A stretch of 41,931 nt of DNA. It comes from an uncultured Verrucomicrobiales bacterium (GTDB lineage: Bacteria > Verrucomicrobiota > Verrucomicrobiia > Verrucomicrobiales > DEV007). The position numbers were made by a program, and so were the translations under genes. The notes beneath the pieces are model-generated. The model saw only the letters and a list, made by a program, of their open reading frames with translations. It was not told where the DNA came from and made no database searches. This document shows, piece by piece, positions 19,653 through 29,700 of the stretch. Location: assembly GCA_938091905.1 (NCBI GenBank), contig CALKOM010000080.1, positions 1-41,931 on the forward strand, in the 5' to 3' direction. Within the stretch, counting starts at the first letter, position 1; every line of letters begins with the position of its first letter.

Positions 19653-19761
19653 TTCTGCCTTTGAAACCACGAATGGGTGATCAAGGCTACAGGTCACGCG
19701 GATTACTTCGGTCAAGAATGGTCACGCGAAGCCGCAAAGAAACAAAGGCTTGAGAATGAAG

Positions 19762-20218
19762 TTAGACTGCAATGCCACAACCACAGCACTGTCTGAAGCT
19801 TCGATTCTCGTAAGATTCCATTCCTGACCCACAGTACGGGCATGTTACGGGTGCCGGGTCATTGGCATCCCAGAAAAGCCAGTAGAAACCGCTGCGCCGT
19901 TAAGCAAGACGATTGGCCAGACCTTGTCCGCTGACGTTCACCTGCCCTTTAGGGTCCAAGAGAAGCTGCTTAGCCATCTTCTCGTAGGCCCCAGAGTCTA
20001 TACAGCGCAGCATACACCTCTCGCCAATTCACCAACGCTAACGCCAACGACTCGTCGATATCCACGTTTTCCGGAAGAATTTGACCATTGCACTCAACGC
20101 AGAAGATCGGAAACTCCGTAAACGCGTATCGCAGAACGAAAGGTGTCTCGTTCTCACACTGGCAGATCTCGTCCTCCGGTATCGGCTCGCGTGGCTGTAG
20201 TTTCTCAAGCGATGTCAT
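19762..20218 (-). pseudogene. Zn-ribbon protein (DUF2310-like), frameshifted
   Basis: N-half has CQC..CVEC. After a frameshift near 19991-19999 another frame reads DSGAYEKMAKQLLLDPKGQVN..LA*RRSGFYWLFWD..CPYCG..CCGC..* with an internal TAA at 19900-19902 and a final stop at 19762-19764. Confidence 0.75.
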
Positions 20219-20250
20219 CCATACCTTCCTAGCCAACGCTCCTTCAGCAC

Positions 20251-23200
20251 CTACTTCAAAGTCTTCAAATAGGCCATGAGGTCACGAATGTCTTTCGCGG
20301 GAAGCGCTAGTCCCATGGGCGGCATTGGAGAAATCGCCGGAGTGCGAACCTGGATGTCCGCCTTGGCCACGGTGACAGGGTCACTGTCAGGAGTCTTGAT
20401 GACCACCGTGGTGTCCGTTTCTTTAATCGGTGTACCGGCGACGATCGTACCATCTTTCTTCGTGATACTGGCGATGCCGTACCCATCCACAACCTCCTCG
20501 CCCGGGAAGACAAGCGAATGAAGAAGCTGATCACTGTTGAGACGGGTCGCGATCCCTTCCAACGTAGGCCCTGCATCCTCCGAGTCATCGCCCTCTACAC
20601 GGTGACACTTCTTACACGTGCCTTGATTGGCAAACAGCCGCTCACCTCGATCGGAATCGCCACCATCGTGGCTAAATGCGAGCTGACCAATCGGCTTAGT
20701 AGCCAGTTGCGCTGTGACCTTGGCGACGCGCTCAGCGATCGCAGGTTCCGTTCGCTGATTCGCCACTTCTAGAAGGTCCAAACGAGTCGCGGCCGGAACC
20801 GTCCCAGCGGCAAGAGCCTCCAGCTGCTCGGCTAGAATAGCGATGCCGTCCTCCTCCTTAGACTCTGCTAGAATCTTGTAGGCACCGCGCAATTCGCCTG
20901 TGCTGCCACCTCGAAGGAGGAGTCGCACCATGAGGGTCGTGTCTTGCGGGAAGAGACGCACCGTAGTCTCCGCCGCAGCTACTCGCATTGGAGCGCTTTG
21001 ATCCAAGTAGAGACGCTGCAAGTCCGCATCGAATCCCCTGGGTGGATTCTCTTCGATCATCTGAAGCGCTTGACGCCGTGTTTCCACACCCTGATGCCGA
21101 TCCAAGAGAAAGCGGCGGAGTTTGCTAAACTCAACAGGCATGCCAAAGGCTTCGGCAACCCGAAGCGCTTGATGAGCAATCTCCGTTTCCTTCGTAGAGG
21201 CTAGCAAATCGCGCAAATCCACCCGAATGGCGCTAAGTCCCACCGAGGAGTCTCGCGTATCCAAAGGCCGATATTTACCCAGGGTAGGATCTATGCTAGG
21301 AGGGTTTGGCCAGACAGAGAGCGCACGAAGAGAAGCAACACGGTAGGCCAAAGGGAGTGACGGATTGGCCCCCATGAGGAGAAGTCTCTTCGCACCTTTA
21401 CCGCTTCCCAATCGAAAGTTCACATTGATAACGCGGCGGAAGATTGGCTCGTCCGGCAGGAGATTGGCCGCAACATCTCGAACAAGGTCGTGGTTGGCGT
21501 CTGCCGCAGCTTCCAGCGCTGGCTCGATGTTAAGGTCATTGATCGCGCGAAGGGCCTCTTCGGCAATTCGCGTGTCAGGATCTTGAAGATAGACGGCAAT
21601 ATCAGGATGCTCTAGCTTACGCAACGCGATCGCAGCAGCGAGACGCACATGACGAGATTGGTGTTGCGCCAACTTGGCCAACTCCGCTGGTTGGGCGATG
21701 CCTTTGAGCGCCATGATACCACCATGCTGAAGGAAGACATCCACACCGGCATTCGCCTCGAGGAACGTCAGGACACCAGGCATGGCCCCCCTGTGGCCAA
21801 GTTTGCCAAGGGCAAGCGCACTAAAGGCTTGGACGCGAGCACTCTCGTCGCCCAAGAGCGGCGTCAACGCTTCGGCAGCATTGCCTGCGCCTAAATCACC
21901 CAGAGCACGCGCTGCTTGCGCGCGTAGTTCAGCCTCGGAATCACGTAACAAAGCAATCAGTGTCGCGTGATCGTCTAATTGCCGAAGTCCCCAGGTCCCA
22001 TGCAAACGAGCGAAGAGATTAGGATTCGACGTAACCGCGTTCACGAGCGCGGCTCTGCTAGTGTCGCTTGCTTTGGCCACTAGCGCGTACTGAGCACGGA
22101 GACGGACGCGCATGTCCGCATGGGAGAGTAGTGCCGAGAGTTCTTCACTCGATCGATGGTTGAAGCCTAAAGCGAAGACATCCTTAGTTTCCTGAACTAC
22201 CGGATTGTCTAGATGTTCGGGATCAGAAAGCGCGAAGATGTTTCCCTTATCCGTTCGCCGCCAACCGCCACCGAAGTCTCCGAGGTAAACTTTGCCATCG
22301 TAGCCAACATCCACATCGGCAGCAGTGATTCCACTATAGAAGATGTGGCCATCTCGCATGGCATAGCCCGCGCCCTCCTGCTCCACCTTGAAACTATAAA
22401 GAAAGCACTGATTGCTAGACCCCTTGTAATCGCAGACCAGAAAGTGATTCTTATATCGTTGTGACAGGCTCGTCCCCGAGTGGAAGACAAGGCCTGATGG
22501 CCCCATGGTCAGGTGGTCGACAGCAGGAAGGATCCAGGCGGGCTGTGCAGGATAACGTTTCTTCCAAAGACCTTCGCTCATCCAATGGGGAGGTTGCTCC
22601 ATTTTCCCGTCCTCGACTTGGTCAGAGAACGTCGTCAAAGCTTGGTGACCCATGTGCCAGCCAGTGTCACCGCCTTCCATGAGATAGCTTACCCTAGCAG
22701 CGTCCCCTTGGTCACAGTTGTTATCTACAGTAAAGAGATCACCATATTCGTTGAACGCCAACTCCTGTGGATTGCGCAGGCCATAGTAAAAGATCTCGAG
22801 ATCAGTGCCGTCGGGATTGCAACGAAAGGCCGCTCCCGCTCCCGGATCAGACAGAATCTTCCCCTCTTTCGTCTTTAGATGGTAACCGCGGTCTCCCATG
22901 GAGAAATAAAGTTTCCCGTCCGGGCCCCAGACGAGCCCATGAAGATCATGCCCACTCAAGCTGAAGCGCGGACCAAAACCGTCCTGCATTGATTCACGTT
23001 TCTCAGCGACACCGTCGTCATCCGCGTCGGTCAGCGTCCATAAGTGAGGGATGTTAGCCAAATAAATCTTTCCGAAACCAGACAGGAGACCGATGGCCGG
23101 GCCATCAAGAGCATCATTGAACCCATCGGCAAAGATGGTCTGCTTATCTGCCTTGCCATCACCATCCGAGTCTTCGACTCGCACCACTCTCTCAGACTCC

Positions 23201-23556
23201 CTAGTGAAGAAATCGGGGGCAAATCTGTCCGCCCACTTCTCGATCATGGCACGCCGGTCCCCTGTCGTTTGAGACGCCAGATCATCCATGACCCAGAAGA
23301 GATGATCACGATTGTCCTCCACGCCATTGCGCCAACGGTCACTTTCAGTCACGTAAAGCCGTCCCTGGTCATCGAAACAAATGGCGGTGACATTCTTCAC
23401 CATCGAAGCGTCCGCAAAGATCTCGACCTTGAGATTTGGCCCCTCGCTAGAGCGCACTCGAGCTGCAGATTCCTGGCCATGGCTATCAGCATCTGCAGCG
23501 ACACTTAACGAAGCACTACACATACACATCCCCAAAGAAAGACGAAATGGGTTCAT
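20251..23556 (-). CDS. PVC-type quinoprotein-glucose-dehydrogenase-like protein with HEAT repeats and cytochrome c
   Basis: DSDGDGKAD, GHDLHGLVWGPDGKLYFSMGDRG, GLRNPQEL, HEAT repeats, CKKCH...GP.L...SPMPPM. Confidence 0.92.
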   Translation of the reverse strand: MNPFRLSLGMCMCSASLSVAADADSHGQESAARVRSSEGPNLKVEIFADASMVKNVTAICFDDQGRLYVTESDRWRNGVEDNRDHLFWVMDDLASQTTGDRRAMIEKWADRFAPDFFTRESERVVRVEDSDGDGKADKQTIFADGFNDALDGPAIGLLSGFGKIYLANIPHLWTLTDADDDGVAEKRESMQDGFGPRFSLSGHDLHGLVWGPDGKLYFSMGDRGYHLKTKEGKILSDPGAGAAFRCNPDGTDLEIFYYGLRNPQELAFNEYGDLFTVDNNCDQGDAARVSYLMEGGDTGWHMGHQALTTFSDQVEDGKMEQPPHWMSEGLWKKRYPAQPAWILPAVDHLTMGPSGLVFHSGTSLSQRYKNHFLVCDYKGSSNQCFLYSFKVEQEGAGYAMRDGHIFYSGITAADVDVGYDGKVYLGDFGGGWRRTDKGNIFALSDPEHLDNPVVQETKDVFALGFNHRSSEELSALLSHADMRVRLRAQYALVAKASDTSRAALVNAVTSNPNLFARLHGTWGLRQLDDHATLIALLRDSEAELRAQAARALGDLGAGNAAEALTPLLGDESARVQAFSALALGKLGHRGAMPGVLTFLEANAGVDVFLQHGGIMALKGIAQPAELAKLAQHQSRHVRLAAAIALRKLEHPDIAVYLQDPDTRIAEEALRAINDLNIEPALEAAADANHDLVRDVAANLLPDEPIFRRVINVNFRLGSGKGAKRLLLMGANPSLPLAYRVASLRALSVWPNPPSIDPTLGKYRPLDTRDSSVGLSAIRVDLRDLLASTKETEIAHQALRVAEAFGMPVEFSKLRRFLLDRHQGVETRRQALQMIEENPPRGFDADLQRLYLDQSAPMRVAAAETTVRLFPQDTTLMVRLLLRGGSTGELRGAYKILAESKEEDGIAILAEQLEALAAGTVPAATRLDLLEVANQRTEPAIAERVAKVTAQLATKPIGQLAFSHDGGDSDRGERLFANQGTCKKCHRVEGDDSEDAGPTLEGIATRLNSDQLLHSLVFPGEEVVDGYGIASITKKDGTIVAGTPIKETDTTVVIKTPDSDPVTVAKADIQVRTPAISPMPPMGLALPAKDIRDLMAYLKTLK

Positions 23557-23757
23557 TTTATAACCATGCCTTGCTCGCGGTGCTTGTCTAGATAGGGGAA
23601 TCTTTTAGGACAACAACCTCGTCTCAACTCCAATTTGGTGTCACATCACCCCACGCGAACTTCTTCTGGATCTAAGTCAGTGGCTTGCGAATATTGAAAG
23701 TGGCTCCTCCTAAGGATTCCACCCCTCGCTTGGCCTCAAGGATTCGCCTTGCCCCGC

Positions 23758-25141
23758 ATGATTCACACGCTAGCTCGGAATTTTTACGTTCTTGCTGCGC
23801 TCTGCTGCTGCATGCCAGTTGCACATGCTCAAATGAAGATCATGACAAACGGTGATTCTATCACCGAGGGCTTCCCCCACAACGACCGTATTAGCTATCA
23901 CAACACCCTCACTGCACGGCTACCTGCCGCTCCAATTTATGTGGGAGACCCTGTAGAGACGATCACGGCAGATGGCATACCCGTTAGTCAATACATGGTA
24001 GGTCGGGATGGCGGCATCATCGAAAAACTCCCTATCGTTCACAACTCTAGCCCGTCCGGAGCAGTAGCGCGTTTTGAAAATGCACGAAATGCCATCATCA
24101 CCAACGGTGGCGTAAACGTTCTAGACTATGTTGTCATCTTGCTCGGAATCAATGATGTCGCCCGTTTGATCAACCCTAAGAACCTCGATGACTGGTTCAT
24201 GCCCGGAGTGGATATGGCTGACTTTCCGCTAGATGACGATCCGCTTCTGCTTCCTGCGGGAAACGGTGATGATCGAAGCGCCAGAGTCTTCATCGAAAGC
24301 GGCGTGAATCGAGAAATCTGGACCTATGACAACAGGTCTAACTTTATTCCAGTAAATTCGATCTTGGACTGATACCAAAAGCCTCTCGATGCCATTGTAA
24401 ATGATGATCCGAACGATGCCATACCTGACGCTTTTCCTAATACTAGCGCAATTCTGGTCACCGTTCCCATTCCCGGTGCCAGTCTCGATGGCAGCGACGA
24501 TCAGTATGAAGAGTCCAGGCGTCCTCTGGTCAAGGAAACCGTTGAGAACTAAAATGCTCAGATCACTGAACTTGCCACGTCCGACAATCGATTCACATGC
24601 GTGAATTCCCGGCTGATTCGTCCTATCAACATCACCGATGTAGGATCACCGGCTTACACGGCCTCGGCCGACCTCGTAGATGGTGTTCACCCAAGTGTTG
24701 CTGGCTGCGGTAAGATTGGGAATGCTATCGCAAGCGTGATTCTCTACCGTCTCTGGGCAGCATTGATGTTTCCGGCAGACGACGACACTCCGGCCAAAGA
24801 AGCTACGTGTTGGGGTGGCGAAGCCGATCAAGACAACGGTTGCTGGATCAACAGCCTAGGGCACCACTTGGACACTAACCCCAATACGTCAGCCGCCCCT
24901 AACCCATTAGTGACTCAAAAAGAAAGCGATTTCGAATACACCATATCAAATGGACGAAGATCTTGTCGTGAATAGCGTAGATGTGAACTACTCGACGGAT
25001 CTAAACGTCTGGAGTGCCGCTGTTCTGGGCGCAAGGACGACAGCTTCCCCAGGTGGACGGCTGGTCCAGATCACGGCGACATTGTCACTGGCAAGCTGGG
25101 AACACGTGTTCTTTAGATTGGTTCCAGCCTGGCAACCGTAG
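23758..25141 (+). pseudogene. Secreted SGNH/GDSL hydrolase with C-terminal SxDLxxW module, disrupted
   Basis: GDSIT (block I), LLGIND (III) and DGVHP (V) lie in one frame interrupted by TGA 24370-24372 and TAA 24550-24552; a frameshift near 24945 leads into YSTDLNVW...FFRLV. Confidence 0.85.
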
Positions 25142-25195
25142 CTTCATTCCTTGGAAGGCGAAGCGCTGCTCAAATGGGCGGCAACCCTGTACACC

Positions 25196-25222
25196 AAAAA
25201 GGGGTGACTTTCGCCACCCCTT
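25196..25222 (-). terminator. Rho-independent terminator of the H1-like/AP2 gene
   Basis: Minus strand reads AAGGGGTGGC-GAAA-GTCACCCC-TTTTT: GC stem, GNRA loop, U-tract. Confidence 0.85.
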
Positions 25223-25290
25223 CCAGAGATCTTGATCAGATGGTTGGTTTTCTTAGATCAACCAATCGAACATCAGGCCATTGAAACGTT

Positions 25291-26079
25291 TTAATCCTTG
25301 AGGGTGCGCGAGGCGACGGCTCGCTCGATACCCTCTCTCTTGTTCAGCTGGTCTTTGCGCCATGCCACTGCTTGGGCGAGCGCTTTGTCGTAGCCTACTT
25401 TGTCGATGGAGAATTTACGATTCACAGCTCTTCCTTTGGAAACCCGTGCAGTGACAGAAATGTAACCCTTCACATTCCCATTGCCGCGGTGGGCTTCAGT
25501 GTAAGAAACACCCAGGTGACCAGTGTTGGTCTTGGAGGGGCGTTCGTTCTGCCAGGTTGGCGTAATGTCTTGAGTCATTTCGGCTCGGAGCTGGTCCCGG
25601 AAGCGGATCGCCTCGGTTTTGGCGGGGCGTTTGCCTCCATGCACCCGGTCACTAAAGAGCTTTGTCCTCAAGACGCCATTCCGACAGACATGAACTTGCC
25701 ATCCATGGGTTTTCTCGGAATCGATGCGCTTGATATTTTGAGTCGATTGGTTGTTTCTTTGTTTTGGTTTGGGTGTCTTGCGTCGGATTCTACTTACGAC
25801 GCTTTGCGCGACTTTTTTTTTTGCGGGTTTCTTAGCCGCGCGCTTCTTAGGAGCGGCCTTCTCCTTAGGAGCGGCCTTCTTCTTAGAGGCAGGTTTTCTC
25901 TTTACGGTCTTCTTAGCGACCTTCTTCTTGGCGCGCTTCTTTGGAGCGGCTTTCTTCTTCACAGCACGCTTTTTAGGAGCGGCTTTCCTCTTGGTTGCAC
26001 GCTTCTTTGGAGCGGCCTTTTTTTTCACGGTGCGCTTCTTAGGAGCGGCTTTTCTTGCACGTTTCTTTTTTACAGGCAT
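25291..26079 (-). CDS. Histone-H1-like Lys/Ala-rich tail fused to two AP2/IBD-like DNA-binding domains
   Basis: aa ~1-105 are K/R/A/P-rich with six KAAPK. aa ~114-165 read IKRID..HGWQV..K.FSD..GGK..A..EAI.FRD; aa ~185-245 read TG..GVS...RKFSI.K.GY..A..QA..WR. Confidence 0.8.
   Translation of the reverse strand: MPVKKKRARKAAPKKRTVKKKAAPKKRATKRKAAPKKRAVKKKAAPKKRAKKKVAKKTVKRKPASKKKAAPKEKAAPKKRAAKKPAKKKVAQSVVSRIRRKTPKPKQRNNQSTQNIKRIDSEKTHGWQVHVCRNGVLRTKLFSDRVHGGKRPAKTEAIRFRDQLRAEMTQDITPTWQNERPSKTNTGHLGVSYTEAHRGNGNVKGYISVTARVSKGRAVNRKFSIDKVGYDKALAQAVAWRKDQLNKREGIERAVASRTLKD
25810..26055 (-). repeat. Coding tandem repeat, ~33-nt (11-aa, KKKAAPKKRAV-like) period
   Basis: Four 11-aa units in tandem plus two shorter KAAPK units, visible as recurring (t/a)ggagcggc on the + strand. 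Confidence 0.85.
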
Positions 26080-26567
26080 GACGTGTATGGTTGTTGGTTG
26101 ATCAAGAACCGCTCGCTTTCTCCGCGTTATCTAACTGTTCGTCAAGCTTAAATAGTTACAAAGTTAAAGTTTTTGCCTAACCACCCTTACGGTAATCCAC
26201 CGGCAACATCGCCTACCCAAATCCATTGGCAGCAATGCGACGACGGGTAACCACACCATCAGCTCACGCAACACCTACTAGGTAGGTACTTTCCTTGTAC
26301 GTTGCGTGTTTCACACGTAAACAAACGACATCAATCAGACGATTGTGCGTTTATATCTCTCCTACTACCAACATTTTACAACTCGATTTCAAAGAGTGTT
26401 TCTTTCCAATCCTAAAGAGACCTCCTTCATGCAATCGATCTCATCTGCACAGAGCCGTTAGCCCATTCCGAACCGTTTAGGTAGGCCTGATTCGTGGGTT
26501 CGTAAGAGCTGTTTTACTTCCCTCCAAGACGTTTGGTTATGCCCGATCCTAACGTTCTCGCCCAAAT

Positions 26568-29500
26568 TTAGGAGTTCCTTACACGTAATCGGAGATACGA
26601 AGGCGCGTTTTCAAGCTGATCTAAACGTAACTTGCTACGCCAAACGAACTGATTGTCGCCCTGCTCTTCCAAGACAAACATGGTGTCACCACTCTGCCAT
26701 GTTCGTAGATCTGACGAGACTTCTAAGTGGAGTGTGAGGTCTTCACGAGTTGGATCTTTTTGAGTGACGAAACGCCAGAAACGCACCTCCAAGCCCTCTA
26801 CTTCCCGCGTTTCCGTGGTCAGACGAAACGCAGCTGGACCTGAGGTTGGATCTTGATCAGAAGTCCCGAGAGCCGCTTCCACCAGGGCACTGAGGCGGTC
26901 ACCGTCTTGATCAGCATCGTGATTAAACGTACTAAACTCTCCTGGCGTTCCACCTAAACTAGCACTCCCGCTCCACCGCCTGGGCGTGATTGCAGAGAGC
27001 GAGAGACTTTTGCCGGAGCCATCGGCTTCTTTCGGCCAAGGCTCGTTTTCATCGTAGGTGAGTTCTTGCAACACTGTGCCATTGCTAAGAGCCAACTGAA
27101 TCGTTTCTCCACCGTCACTGAGTTTAGAATTGGTAAATTCCCCCACAATTGGAAGGCCTCCACCATAGCGTTGCGCAAAGGCGAGGCGATTACGTACAAG
27201 AAGGGCGACTTTTCCCGGTTCAAGCTGGGCCTGGCTCGAATCATTGAAGTCGAAACGAATGCCTTTCGTAAAAACGAGACCGGAAAGCTCCACGAGTTCA
27301 TCGGTTGTATTGTAGATCTCAAGAAACTCGAAGTCACTTCGTGCATTGAATCCAGCAGCAATCTCTCTGTCCGCAGGCGACGCAGGGCGACAGTGAATTT
27401 CTGAGATAAGAACATCGCCAGGAGAGGGCTGTTTTCCAATGTAGAAAGTAGCTTCGGTAAGAGGGCTCCAGTTTCCCTGATCGAATGTCCGCGCCTTCAA
27501 TTGAGTGGTAGTAGATAGCGAGATGCCCGGGCTACTGCGATCAAAGACGATGGCATCACTAGACCGTGCACCGCCCAGCATTCTTGGGTCCACACCGTTC
27601 GTGGTGTAGAGAATGTTGCCAGGTTGGGGATTGAACAGTGCGCCTGCGGTTAGGCGGATGAATGTCCCTGCAATTATCTGGCCACCAGCCTGGCTATACC
27701 TCGGCGCAATGATGTCACGGGGATAGAATCCGCGTATCGTTAACCGCGTTACCATAGTCTCAGCCAAGCCATCGAAGTGGTGATTGAGAAGGTCGTCTCG
27801 ATTGCTTCGCCAAGAACCTGGCGTGTGGTAATTCCAGCGAGCAGCTTCTGCTAGAAACGCCGTGTTCATTTCATCCACTCGTCGTTGAAGGCGCGCGATG
27901 TTTGCAGCGTCGGTGAGGGCACCTCCGTTCCGATAGTGTTTGTGAATGCGGTCTGCCAAGAATTGCACGTAGTCTGGGTTTGCTTCGCGACGAAGGACAT
28001 CGCTAAAGCGCCCAGGCCCTACCATATTGAGGCGACTGATGCCAGGAGCGCGCAACCAACCGTCGGCATCCTTCATGTAGAACTTGAACGGAACGTCTCG
28101 AGAACGAGAGCCGACAGATTGAAACTCGCTCTCTGAATTCCCTGTCGCCCAGAGGATCATGAAGTCGTAGTAGTTCGTAAGGTCTACACGCCCTTGTAGC
28201 GCTTGCCACGGCGTACCCTCACGCGAAAGCGCTTCTGTCTCTCTCCAATAATCAAGAGTGCCATCATAGGCCTTGAAGTCGTCCAGGAAGTTGTCGTTAC
28301 CATTGATGGTATCATAGTCTTCTTCAGACCCTCCAAAGTAGCTGGCAAACATGGCAGCGTTCCACCGCTCGCGGAGGTGATACTGGCCCCAGTAAACACC
28401 ATTGAGGTAAACATGAACGAAACGTCCATGCGGAACGCATACTGCCCATTTCTAACATCGAGTCATCCACAAAGCGGTTCGACATGTAAGCACCGCGCTG
28501 GGCCATGTCATGAGAGCCAGACCGAAGGTTGAGCGAATCAAACTCTTCTACGGGTGCTAGACCGGATTCGTGGCCACGGAAGATTGGATATCTCAAGCTT
28601 TGAATCGCCATAGCGTTTATGAAAGTAGAGACGGAAAGATTTTTTTGCAAAGTTGGTGAAGTAACCACCGAATCGTGAAATGCCGCCATCGATTTGGAAT
28701 CCTTCGCTTCCGTCAGAGTTAAGCCATTCAACTGAGGTTGGAGATTCAACGTCATTCGTGTTCGAAGCACCACCACCGACGAACTGGGGATCCTCAACCG
28801 AGAGAGAGATACTCGGCAAATCCGTGAGCGCCTTGCCCATCTGAGGCCCATACTCTACTGAATCCGTAATCGACCTCCACATCGTCTTCTGCTCGATCAC
28901 GTCATCGATGAAGAGATAGGTTTGGGTCTCTACATTGCTTGAACCAAGGCCACTCTTATAAGCGAAGGCGCGCAGTACCGTGGTCGTTTCAATGGTGATA
29001 GGGCCGACGTATTTCTCACCTATGGGTCCAGTAAAGACATTTCCCTTCGATGGCGGCGTGCCGTCGGTGGTGTAGAGGATTGTCGCCTCTGGCGTTTCCG
29101 TGGAGATCTCGACTTTGAATGGCTCGTCGAAGAAGCCGCGATTGATGGTGAACTGGGTGTCCGGGACAAGGCCACTAACAGGCGAACGATTGGGCAGCGC
29201 CGGAGTAGGCACTCTAAAGTAGGCAGGCTGCAGCGTATCTTCCCTGAGCCCATAGGAGACGCCCGCACGCTACTTGGGAATGTCTCGCAACTCATTGACT
29301 ACCTCAAACACCGTCTGGCCTAACTAAAGCAAGGTAGTCGTCTTGACCCGTGAATTTGAAATCACTGTGAACCTCGTTGCCCAAGAGGGTCATGCCGCCT
29401 TTCCCTGACAGATAAACCAACGAGCGTCCGTTACCTGCCACGGTCTTTCGAGGAATACGCCATTTCGTGAGATCATCAGGGTCATCTGTTAGGTAGAAAT

Positions 29501-29690
29501 TCTCGATGCCAATGGGTGAGTTGTCTGTGTTGATGATTTCCACCCAGGGCGACATCTCGCCATCGCTATCCTCAGGCCCCGACACATTGATGAACAGAAC
29601 TTCGCTAAGACGAAGTTCAGCACGAAGTCGTTCCGTCCCTCCTAACCCGTGAAGCATGAGCAATAGGAGCATCAAAGAACGGACTCTCAT
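26568..29690 (-). pseudogene. Large secreted lamin-tail / FN3-associated / CotH-kinase-like protein, disrupted
   Basis: Start ATG 29690 with signal peptide and LTD (LSEV..N..WVEI.N). Lesions: extra T near 29306, TAG 29270-29272 (PK*RAGVSYG), frameshifts near 28600 and 28435. CotH-like HGRFVHVYLNGVYWGQYHLRER; second LTD (ISEIH..FEFLEIYN); C-terminal SSDLRTW..YLRLRV. Confidence 0.88.
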
Positions 29691-29700
29691 GACGAACTTG

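Noticed and set aside
19565..19661. Calling the recA 3' hairpin SRP RNA or 6S RNA
   Set aside because: It lacks the SRP GNRA loop with its conserved internal-loop motif and is too short for a typical 6S RNA; left unassigned.
340..23563. Numerous 60-230 aa ORFs antisense or out-of-frame within long genes (e.g. 6620..7300, 14792..15367, 15016..15672, 16007..16522)
   Set aside because: They are nested in or largely overlap well-supported genes and show no recognisable motifs; expected by chance in GC-rich coding DNA.
25810..26055. Possible CRISPR-like array (33-nt periodicity)
   Set aside because: The units are degenerate in-frame coding repeats without unique spacers, and no cas genes are present.
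25372..26151. 259-aa and 116-aa + strand ORFs with LLRSG / FFGAAFF repeats
   Set aside because: Antisense shadows of the Lys/Ala repeat gene; the terminator orientation supports the minus-strand gene.
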